This document shows positions 1 through 10,599 of a stretch of 64,000 bases of DNA, piece by piece. The DNA comes from Centroscyllium fabricii (taxonomy: Eukaryota), in the NCBI GenBank assembly GCA_051313645.2, contig JBNRSN020000010.1, positions 1,922,001 through 1,986,000 of the forward strand, in the 5' to 3' direction. The notes beneath the pieces were generated by a model. The model saw only the letters and a list, made by a program, of their open reading frames with translations, searched no databases and was not told the DNA's origin. How positions within the stretch are numbered: position 1 is the stretch's first letter; the number at the start of each line of letters is the position of its first letter. Position numbers and translations under genes: made by a program.

Positions 1-1140
1 GAGTGACTGAACGACACACGGACTGACTAATCGACTGACTCCCGTACTGACCGACCGATCCCTGGACTGACCAACCGACCCCTGGATCGACCGACCGAAC
101 CACGGACTGACCGCCCGACCCGCCGACTGACCGACCGGTGCCCGGACTGACCGACCGACCTCCTGACTGACCGACCCCAGACTGACCGACCGACCCCAGA
201 TTGACCGACTGACACCTGGTCTGACCGAATGCCGGACAGACCGACCGACCCCCGGACTGACAGACTCACCCCTAGACTGGCAGACCGACCCCCGGACTTA
301 CCGACCGACCGACCACCGGGCTGTCCAATCGACCGACACCCAGACGGACGGACCGACCCCTGGACTGACCCACCGAACCCCAGACTGACCGACTGACCGA
401 ATGACCGACTCCCAGACTGACGGATTCCGGGACATAAGGACTAAATGACCCCTGGACTGACTGACCAAATGACCCCTGGACTGACCACTGACCCCTGGAC
501 TGTCCGACTGACCCCCGGACTGACCGACCGACCCCCAGACTGACCGACCGACCGCCGTGTTGACCGATCGAACCACGGACTGAACGAACGACCCCCGGAA
601 TGACCGATCAACCCCCAGACTGACCGACCAACCCACGGATTTACCGACCGACCCTCGGACTGAACTACCGACCCCCGGACTGACCGACCAACTGACCCGC
701 AGACTGACCAATCGACTGACCCCCAGATTGATCGACTGACCACTGGACTGACCGACCGACCCCCGGACTGACTGCCGGACCCCACAGACTGACTGACTGA
801 CTCCCGGACTGACCGACACCCGGATGTAACGACCAAATGACCCCTGGACCGACCGATCAAAATGACCGCCGGACTGCACGACCGACCCCCGGACTGACCA
901 ACCGATCCCCGGACTGACCGACCGACACCCGGACTGACCGACCGAACCCAGGACTGACCCACTGACCCCCGGAGTGACCGACCGACCGACCCATGGATTG
1001 ACTGATCCTGAGAATAACCGACCGACCCCCAGAATGACCGACCGAACCCCGGACCGACCAAGCATCTTCCGGACTGACCGACCGAGCACCAGACTGTCTG
1101 ACCCTCGGACTGACTGACCGACACCGGCACTGACCGACTG

Positions 1141-1260
1141 ACCCCCGGACTGTCCAACCGAACCCCACACCAACCGACCAACCCCCGCAATGAGCGACCA
1201 ACCCCCGGACTGACCAACCGAACCCCACACCGACCGACCAACCCCCGCAATGAGCGACCA
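1141..1260. repeat. 60-bp local tandem duplication (2 copies)
   Basis: 1141-1200 and 1201-1260 differ at only two positions; both end in cccccgcaatgagcgacca. Confidence 0.9.
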
Positions 1261-2413
1261 ACCCCCGGACTGACCGACCGAACCCCGGACTGACCGAATT
1301 AACCCTGGACTGTCTCTCCGACCCCCGGACTGAACGATCCCCGGAATGGCAGACCGACCCCCGGACTGACCGACCGACCCCCGTGGCTGACCCACTGACC
1401 CCTGAACTGACCGATCCCTGGACTAACTGTCTGACCCCCGGACTGACCGACCACCATACTGACCGACCCACAGACTGTCCGACGGAACAACCCCCGGATT
1501 GACAGTCTTTCTGACCCACAGACTGACCGACCCACTCCCGGACTGACGGACCGACCCACAGACTGACCGACAAAACAAACTCCACTCTGAAGAACTGACC
1601 AACACCCGGACTGACTAACCGGTACCCGGACAGACTGACACCCGGACTGACCAAATGACCCCCGGACTGACCGACCGACTGACCCCCAAACTGACCGACC
1701 GATCCCTGGACTGACCGAATGACCCACGGAGTGACTGACCAACACCCGGACTGACTACCCGGTACCAGGTCAGACTGACACCCGGACTGACCAAGCATCT
1801 TCCGGACTGACCGACCGACCACCGGACTGTCTGACCCTCGGACTGACTGACTGACACCGGCACTGACCGACTGACCCCCGGACTGTCCAACCGAACCCCA
1901 CACCAACCGACCAACCCCCGCAATGAGCGACCAAACCCTGGACTGACCGACCGAAACCCGGACTAACTGACTTACCCCCGGAATGACCGACTGACCCCTG
2001 GACTGACTGACTGACCCCCGGACTAACCGACCCACCCCTGGATTGAATGACCAAGCGACCCCCGAGGACTAACCGACCGTCCGACCCCCGAACTGACAGA
2101 CCGATACCCTGACTGACCGAGTTACTGACCCCCAGACTTACTGACTGATCCCTGGATTTACCGGCCAACCCTCAGACTGACCAACCGACCCCCGGACTGA
2201 CCGACCAACCCACGGACTGACCGAACGAACCCCGGACTTACCGACCGACCGACCACCGGACTGCCCAATCGACCGACACCCAGACGGACGGACCGACCCC
2301 TGGACTGACCGACCGAACCCCAGACTGACCGACTGACCGAATGACCGACTCCCGGACTGACGGACTCCGGGACATAAGGACTAAATGACCCCTGGACTGA
2401 CTGACCAAATGAC

Positions 2414-2417
2414 CCCT
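2414..2417 (+). repeat. Left target-site duplication CCCT
   Basis: The junction reads gaCCCCT|TGTAAGG. The empty site ctgaccaaatgacccctggactgaccac is seen at 461-488 and 5767-5794. Confidence 0.9.
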
Positions 2418-2620
2418 TGTAAGGGGTTTGCGCCGTGCTTTCGCGACCTAGGGTCCTATTGCCTTGCTCTGGCCACCGGCCAGGCCTCACGCAATGATCA
2501 CCCGTGAGTGGTTCGACCCACTCGCCCTTACGATTCTATACGCTGGACTTAGATGCAGGAAAGAGTAATGCGGAGAAAGGACTCAATCAAACTTGGCTTG
2601 GACAAAAGTTTAAATGAATC

Positions 2621-2626
2621 TTTATT
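2621..2626 (-). terminator. Candidate polyadenylation signal AATAAA in the LTR
   Basis: Plus-strand tttatt lies about 200 bp from the minus-strand 3' end. On the minus strand it is followed by T/GT-rich sequence (gattcatttaaacttttgtcc...gtttgattgagtcctttct). Confidence 0.5.
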
Positions 2627-2698
2627 GCTGTAATCACCATAACAAAATACATCATCATCTTAGGACATACATGTCCTATACTCAAACGACAATATCAA

Positions 2699-2710
2699 AT
2701 ATATATATAT
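2699..2710. repeat. (AT)6 microsatellite within the LTR
   Basis: atatatatatat read directly from the sequence. Confidence 0.7.
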
Positions 2711-3530
2711 CTTATAAAACTGTTATTCTTCGCAAACGGGGAACACACGACACATCGAAAAAGGGGCAACACACTACTGATTACCCTAGTAAAAACCATC
2801 CTCCCCTCTAATGCCTAAACTATGTCCAGGTGTGTAGGATCGGGGAACATGCTCACCACTCGGTTAAACTCGGGGTTTGCAACGAGGTTCGTGTCTTTCC
2901 GTTGCAGTTCTGGTCATCACGTGGCTGTGGAAGCTTCGGGAGCTTACTTGTTTACGTCTCCCTCGCGGCGACGGTTGGCTCTGCTCGGGCTGGCCCCGGG
3001 CAGGTCTCTCGAGATGCTGGACACGCTCGTAGTCGGTAAAATCCAAAGAAGAGTCGTCCTGTGTTTAGATCGGCCTTCTTTGTCTACTTTTCTTCGGAAC
3101 TCAACTGCCTGCCGTGGCGCGCTGGACCGCGCTGTCTTCCTCGCTAGACCGGGCCCTGTGGTGAGCCGGCCTGCACTATCGAGCCGATCTGTGACTGTCT
3201 ACCTCTCTCGAACGCTCGTCTCTTCTGACCCGCTCTCTCTCTCTCTCCGTTCGCTAGATCGTCCCGTCGGGCTATACTGCCCCGTCCCAAACTCAACTTC
3301 ACTGCCGAACTGTGTGTCCGACACGACTGGAACAGGAACACGAATCACACCTTGTGGTGTGCACTCTGCCTTCCGCAGAGCCTGCACCTCCCGACCGGGT
3401 CAGGACTGCTGAACTGTACTGCTGCTGAACTGTGTCTCTCCCTCCTCACTGTTATGTCGCTGAGCTGAGTGTGTCTCAGTGTTCAAAAGTTCATATCCTA
3501 GTGTTGCTCGCTCACCGTTCTTGCGTTCAT

Positions 3531-3600
3531 ACTGCCTGGACTCTGTAGTCCTGTTATATTTTGAAAATATGGGCTTATCTCCCGCCCAAATCATGATAAG
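3531..3600 (-). promoter_or_regulatory. Candidate LTR core promoter (GATA / GC-box / GATA / TATA-like / Inr-like)
   Basis: The minus strand reads CTTATCatgatttGGGCGGGAGATAAGcccatattttcaaaaTATAAcaggactacagagtccagGCAGT. The GC box is at 3581-3587, inverted GATA sites at 3574-3579 and 3595-3600, TATAA at 3558-3554, and CAGT about 25 nt downstream. Motif match only. Confidence 0.35.
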
Positions 3601-4014
3601 TCTTTTGTAAGAATAAATGGCTCGGAAGCCTCTTTTGTCCGTTAACCTGTTCCGGGATTGCCCGAGAACGGTCCCAACTACCCGTGAAGTGTTTTTCCTT
3701 TGTCGGGTAGTTATGCTAATGGTGTACCGATGGGGCCGGATGGCCTTGCTGTTAAAAGATAGTGATGTTTTATTATCTGGCTAACCGGGTCAGTCAATCG
3801 GTTTCTGGCAGTGTCATATTTGAACTTGTTTAAAAGTGTTCCCCATTGTCTGGCTAAACGGGCCAGACGATCGGTTTTGGGTCGGACTTGTTTAATCTTA
3901 CAAGAAGTGTCATTCCTCAGCGCCTCCATGTCTGGGCGCTGGAAAGTTTTCGCGGGCTTTTGCAAAGCCACTACATAATGCTGTCTGGATGGCAGTTACT
4001 GTAACTCGGGAGAT

Positions 4015-4123
4015 GTACTGGAAAGTTCTGGTCAGTTGGTCACGGGGTCTGGTGGCCATCTTAGAGGCCCCTCTCTCTCTCTTTCAAAGAGCCGCAGCCC
4101 TTTTCTGTGTTGCAGCCATTTTG
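4015..4123 (-). promoter_or_regulatory. Putative U3 motif cluster: two co-oriented YY1-like sites and an HSE-like element
   Basis: GCCATCTT (4055-4062) and GCAGCCATTTTG (4112-4123) match the YY1 CCATNTT core. gTACtgGAAagTTCt (4015-4029) resembles alternating nGAAn units. Motif match only. Confidence 0.3.
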
Positions 4124-4195
4124 TCTAATAAAATGTTCAATTAAACTGGCTTTTCTCCTGTTGTTATTGAATCGCGGTAATTGTGAACTTTTACA

Positions 4196-4199
4196 CCCT
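4196..4199 (+). repeat. Right target-site duplication CCCT
   Basis: The junction reads TTTTACA|CCCTggactgaccacc, restoring the satellite continuation seen at the empty sites. Confidence 0.9.
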
Positions 4200-7100
4200 G
4201 GACTGACCACCGACCCCTGGACTGTCCGACTGACCCCCGGACTGACCGACCGACCCCCAGACTGACCGACCGACCGCCGTATTGACCGATCGAACCACGG
4301 ACTGAACGAACGACCCCCGGAATGACCGATCAACCCCCGGACTGACGAACAACCCGTGGACTTACCGACCGACCCTCGGACTGAACTACCGACCCCCGGA
4401 CTGACCGACCAACTGACCCCCAGACTGACCAATCGACTGACCCCCAGATTGACCGACCGACCACTGGACTGACCGACCGACCCCCGGACTGACTGCCGGA
4501 CCCCACAGACTGACTGACTGACTCCCGGACTGACCGACACCCGGATGTAACGACCAAATGACCCCTGGACCGACCGACCAAAACGACCGCCGGACTGCAC
4601 GACCGACCCCCGGACTGACCAACCGATCCCCGGACTGACCGACCGACACCCGGACGGACCGACCGACACCCGGACTGACCGACCGAACCCAGGACTGACC
4701 CGCTGACCCCCGGAGTGACCGACTGACCGACCCATAGATTGACGGACAATTGTCCCCAGACTGACTGACTGACCCCCGAAATGACCGACCGACCGCCCCC
4801 GGACTGACCAATCGACCGACCCCAGATTGACTGGCTGACCACTGGACTGACCGTACGACCCCCGGACTGACCGACCGACCCCTGAACTGACCAACTGACC
4901 GACTCCTGGACTGACCAACTCCTGGACATAATGACCAAATGACCCCTGGACCGACCGACCCCCGGATTGATCGACTGCCCCCTAGACTGGCAGATCGACC
5001 CTGAGAATGACCGACCGACCCCCGGAATGACCGACCAAACCCCGGAACGACCAAGCATCTTCCGGACTGACCGACCGACCACCGGACTGTCTGACCCTTG
5101 GACTGACTGACCGACACTGGCACTGACCGACTGACCCACGGACTGACCAACCGAACCCCACACCGACCGACCAACCCCTGCAATGAGCGACCAACCCCCA
5201 GACTGACCGACCGAACCCCGGACTGACCGAATGAACCCTGGACTGACTCTCCGACCCCCGGAGTGAACGATCCCCGGAATGGCAGACCGACCCCCGGACT
5301 GACCGACCGCCCCCCGTGGCTGACCCACTGACCCCTGAACTGACCGATCCCTGGACTAACTGTCTTACCCCCGGACTGACCAACCACCGTACTGACCGAC
5401 CCACAGACTGTCCGACGGAACAACCCCCGGATTGACAGACTTTCCGACCCACAGACTGACTGACCGACTCCCGGACTGAACGACCGACCCACAGACTGAC
5501 CGACAAAATGAACTCCGCTCTGAAGAGCTGACCAACACCCGGACTGACTAACCGGTACCCGGACTGACCAAATGACCCCCGGACTGAGCGACTGACCCCC
5601 GGACTGACCGACCGACTGACCCCCAAATGGACCGACCGATCCGGGACATAAGGACTAAATGACCCCTGGACTGACCCACCGAACCCCAGACTGACCGACT
5701 GACCGAATGACCGACTCCCGGACTGACGGACTCCGGGACATAAGGACTAAATGACCCCTGGACTGACTGACCAAATGACCCCTGGACTGACCACCGACCC
5801 CTGGACTGTCCGACTGACTCCCGGACTGACCGACCAACCCCCAGACTGACCGACCGACCGCCGTATTGACCGATCGAACCACGGACTGAACGAACGACCC
5901 CCGGAATGACCGATCAAACCTCGGACTGACCGACCAACCCACGGATTTACCGACCGACCCTCGGACTGAACTACCGACCTCCGGACTGACCGACCAACTG
6001 ACCCCCAGACTGACCAATCGACTGACCCCCAGATTGACCGACTGACCACTGGACTGACCGACCGACCCCCGGACTGACTGCCGGACCCCACAGACTGACT
6101 GACTGACTGACTCCCGGACTGACCAAATGACCCCTGGACCGACCGACCAAAACGACCGCCGGACTGCACGACCGACCCCCGGACTGAACAACCGATCCCC
6201 GGACTGACCGACCGACACCCAGACTGACCGACTGAACCCAGGACTGACCCACTGACCCCCGGATTGACCGACCGACTGACCCATGGATTGACGGACAATT
6301 GTCCCCAGACTGACTGACTGACCCCTGAAATGACCGACCGACCGACACCGGACTAACCAATCGACCGACCCCCAGATTGACTGGCTGACCACTGGACTGA
6401 CCGTACGACCCCCGGACTGACCGACCGACCCCCGAACTGACCAACTGACCGACTCCTGGACTGACCGACTCCCGGACATAACGACCAAATGACCCCTGGA
6501 CTGACCGACCCCCGGATTGATCGACTGCCCCCTAGACTGGCAGATCGACCTCCAGACTGACCGAATGACCCCCAGACTGACTGACCCTGAGAATAACCGA
6601 CCGACCCACAGAATGACCGACCGAACCCCGGACCGACCGAACCCCGGACCGACCAAGCATCTTCCGGACTGACCGACCGACCACCAGACTGTCTGACCCT
6701 CGGACTGACTGACCGACACCGGCACTGACCGACTGACCCCCGGACTGTCCAACCGAACCCCACACCAACCGACCAACCCCCGCAATTAGCGACCAACCCC
6801 CGGACTGACCGACCGAACCCCGGACTGACCGAATGAACCCTGGACTGACTCTCCGACCCCCGGACTGAACGATCCCCGGAATGGCAGACCGACCCCCGGA
6901 CTGACCGACCGACCCCCGTGGCTGACCCACTGACCCCTGAACTGACCGATCCCTGGACTAACTGACTGACCCCCGGACTGACCGACCACCGTACTGACCG
7001 ACCCACAGACTGTCCGACGGAACAACCTCCGGATTGACAGACTTTCCGACCCACAGACTGACCGACCGACTCCCGGACTGACGGACCGACCCACAGACTC

Positions 7101-10100
7101 ACCGACAAAACGAACTCCACTCTGAAGAACTGATCAACACCCGGACTGACTAACCGGTACCTGGACAGACCGACACCCGGACTGACCAAATGACCCCCGG
7201 ACTGACCAACTAACCCCCGGACTGACCGACCGATCCCTGGACTGACCGAATGACCCACGGAGTGACTGACCAACACCCGGACTGACTACCCGGTACTCGG
7301 TCAGACTGACACCCGGACTGACCAAATGAACCCCGGACTGACCGACTGACCCCCGGACTGACCGATCGCCTGACCCCTGAACTGACCATCCGATCCCTGG
7401 ACAGACCGAATGAAGCACGGAGTGACTGACCGACACACGGACTGACTAACCTACCGACCCACGGACTGACCGACTGACCCCCGTACTGACCGACCGATCC
7501 CTGGACTGACCAACCGACCCCTGGATCGACTGACCGAACCACGGACTGACTGCCCGACCCGCCGACTGAGCGACCGGTGTCCGGACTGACCGACCGACCT
7601 CCTGACTGACCGACCCCAGACTGACCGACCGACCCCAGCCTGACCGACTGACACCTGGTCTAACCGAATGCCGGACTGACCGACCGACCCCCGGACTGAC
7701 AGACTCACCCCTAGACTGGCAGACCGATCCCCAGACAGACCGACCGAGTGACCCCTGGACTGACCGACCGACCCCCAGACTGACCAACAATGTGACCCTG
7801 GAGTGACCTACCGACCCCTGGACTGACCGACCAACCGACACCCGGACTGACCGACTGACCCCCAGACTGACCGACTGACAGAACCCCAAAAAGACCGACC
7901 GACCCCTGGACTGACCGAATGACCCACGGAGTGACTGACCGACACGCAGATTGACTGATCTCCCAACCCACGGACTGACCAACCGAACCCCGGAATGAAC
8001 GACCGACCCCCGGACTGACCGACCGACCCCCGTGGCTGACCCACTGACCCCTGAACTGACCGATCCCTGGACTAACTGACTGACACCCGGACTGACCGAC
8101 CACCGTACTGACCGACCCACAGACTGTCCGACGGAACAACCCCCGGATTGAAAGACTGTCCGACCCACAGACGGACCGAACGACTCCCGGACTGACCGAC
8201 CGACCCACAGTGACCGACAAACCGAACTCCGCTCTGAAGAACTGACCAACACCCGGACTGACTAACCGGTACCCGGTCAGACTGACACCCGGACTGACCA
8301 ACTGAATCCCGGACTGACCGACTGACCCCCGGACTGACCGACCTACCATCGGACTGACTGACCGATCCCTGGACTGACCGACTGACACCCGGACAGACTG
8401 ACTGACCTCCTGGATTGACCGAATGACCCCCAGACTGACCGACCGACCGGCCCCCGGACTGACTGACCGACCCCGTACCGACTGTCTCCCAGACTGACCG
8501 ACCGACCCCTGGACTGACCGACCGACCCCCAGACTGACCAACCAACCGTGGACTGACCGACCCCCAGACTTACCGCTCAACCGACCCCCCGACTGATGGA
8601 CCGAGTGACCCCTGGACTGACTGACTGATCCCCTGTCTGACTGACCAAGTGACTCCTGGACTGACCGACTAATTCCAGGACCGACCGACCGACCGACGCC
8701 CGGACTGACTGACCGACGCACCGACTGACCGACTGATCCCCGGACTGACCAACCCCCGAACTGACCTACCGAGTGACGCCTGGACTGACCGACCGACCTC
8801 CGGAGTGACCAACAAAGTGACCCCTGGAATGACTGACCGACCCCTGCACTGACTGATCAACCGACTCACGGACTGACCAATCTCTGGACTGACTGACACA
8901 CGACCTGACCGACCGACACCCAGACTGAACGACTGAGTGACCCCCGGACTGACCAACCGACCCCCGGACTGACCAACAAAGTGACCCCTGGAATGACCGA
9001 CCGAACCCTGGACTGACCGGCCGACCGACCCCCAGACTGACCGACTGACCCCCGGACTGACCAATTGACTGACCCCTGAACTGACTGACCGACCTCTGGA
9101 CTGACCGAATGACCCACGGAGCGACTGACTGACAGCCGGACTGACTGACCTCCCGACCCACGGACTGACCGACTGACCCCCGTACTGACCGACCGATCCC
9201 TGGACTGACCAACCGACCACTGGACCGACCGATCGAACCCCGGAGTACCGCCCGACCCACAGTGACCGACAAACCGAACTCCGCTCTGAAGAACTGACCA
9301 ACACCCGGACTGACTAACCAGTACCCGGTCAGACTGACATCCGAACTGACCAACTGGCCCCCGGACTGACTGATCGACCTCGTACCGACTGTCCCCCAGA
9401 CTGACCGACCGACCCCTGGACTGACCGACCGACCCCCAGACTGACCAACCGACCGTGGACTGACCGACCCCCAGACTTTCCGCTCAACCGACCCCCCGAC
9501 TGATGGACCGAGTGACCCCTGGACTGACTGACTGATCCCCTGTCTGACTGACCAAGTGACTCCTGGACTGACCGACTAATTCCAGGACTGACCGACCGAC
9601 CGACCCCCGGACTGACTGACCAACGCACCGACTGACCGACTGATCCCCGGACTGACCAACCCCCGAACTGACCGACCGAGTGACGCCTGGACTGACCGAC
9701 CGACCTCCGGAGTGACCAACAAAGTGACCCCTGGAATGACTGAACGATCCCTGGACTGACTGACCGACCGACACCCAGCCTGACCGACTGACCCCCGGAC
9801 TGACCGACCGACTGACCTCCGAACTGACCGAATGACCCACGGATTGACTGACCGACCCCTGCACTGACTGATCAACCGACTCCCGGACTGACCAATCTCT
9901 GGACTGACTGACCCACGACCTGACCGACCGACACCCAGACTGAACGACTGAGTGACCCCCGGACTGACCAACCGACCCCCGGACAGACCAACAAAGTGAC
10001 CCCTGGAATGACCGACCGAACCCTGGACTGACCAGCCGACCGACCCCCAGACTGACCGACTGACCCCCGGACTGACCGATTGACTGACCCCTGAACTGAC

Positions 10101-10599
10101 CGACCGACCTCTGGACTGACCGAATGACCCACGGAGCGACTGACTGACAGCCGGACTGACTGACCTCCCGACCCACGGACTGACCGACTGACCCCCGTAC
10201 TGACCGACCGATCCCTGGACTGACCAACCGACCACTGGACCGACCGATCGAACCCCGGACTGACCGCCCGACCCACCGACTGACCGACCGAACCCCAGAC
10301 TGACCAACCGACCGCGGACTGACTGACCCACGGACTGACCGCTCAACCGACCCCCCGACTGATGGACCGAGTGACCCCTGGACTGACTGACTGATCCCCG
10401 GTCTGACTAACCGAGTGACTCCTGGACTGACCGACTAATCCCAGGACTGACCGACCGACCAACCCCTGGACTGACTGAGTGACGCAACGACTGACCGACC
10501 GATTCCCGGATTGACCGACCCCCGAAAAGACCAACCGAGTGACCCCTGGACTGACCGACCGACCCCCAGAGTGACCAACAAAGTGACCCCTGGAATGAC

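Larger units (their letters stand above)
1..2417. repeat. Complex GACY-tetramer satellite, left of the insertion
   Basis: From base 1 it parses as 4-nt words (gagt gact gaac gaca cacg gact gact aatc gact gact cccg tact gacc gacc gatc cctg...). GACC/GACT dominate, with CCCG/CCTG/CCCA punctuation. Confidence 0.97.
2418..4195 (-). mobile_element. Solo LTR of an LTR retrotransposon (1,778 bp; Ty3/Gypsy-like by its 4-bp TSD); orientation tentative
   Basis: Abrupt switch to unique sequence. Termini are TGTAAGGGGTTT...GAACTTTTACA (5-bp perfect inverted repeat, TG...CA). There is a 4-bp CCCT direct repeat on both sides, and the satellite resumes exactly in register. No RT, integrase or transposase ORF, no long TIR, and no flanking PBS or PPT is visible. 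Confidence 0.82.

Noticed and set aside
2500-2530. tRNA gene or tRNA-derived SINE suggested by GGTTCGACCC
   Set aside because: The loop has 6 nt, and no convincing A-box, cloverleaf or poly-T terminator is present.
2822-3412. 196-aa plus-strand ORF inside the insertion, plus other short ORFs at 2614-3971
   Set aside because: No gag, RT, integrase or transposase motif is visible, and the S/R/L-rich composition is what CT-rich DNA gives by chance. A homology search would be needed to revive it.
3880-3925. Hammerhead ribozyme (retrozyme-like) at minus-strand CTGAGGA (3920-3914)
   Set aside because: No stem II followed by GAAA lies downstream, so the catalytic core is incomplete.
2418-4195. Bacterial IS (IS3/IS481-like), Ginger transposon or MITE
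   Set aside because: There is no transposase and only a 5-bp perfect terminal inverted repeat. A solo LTR fits better, although a non-autonomous derivative is not formally excluded.
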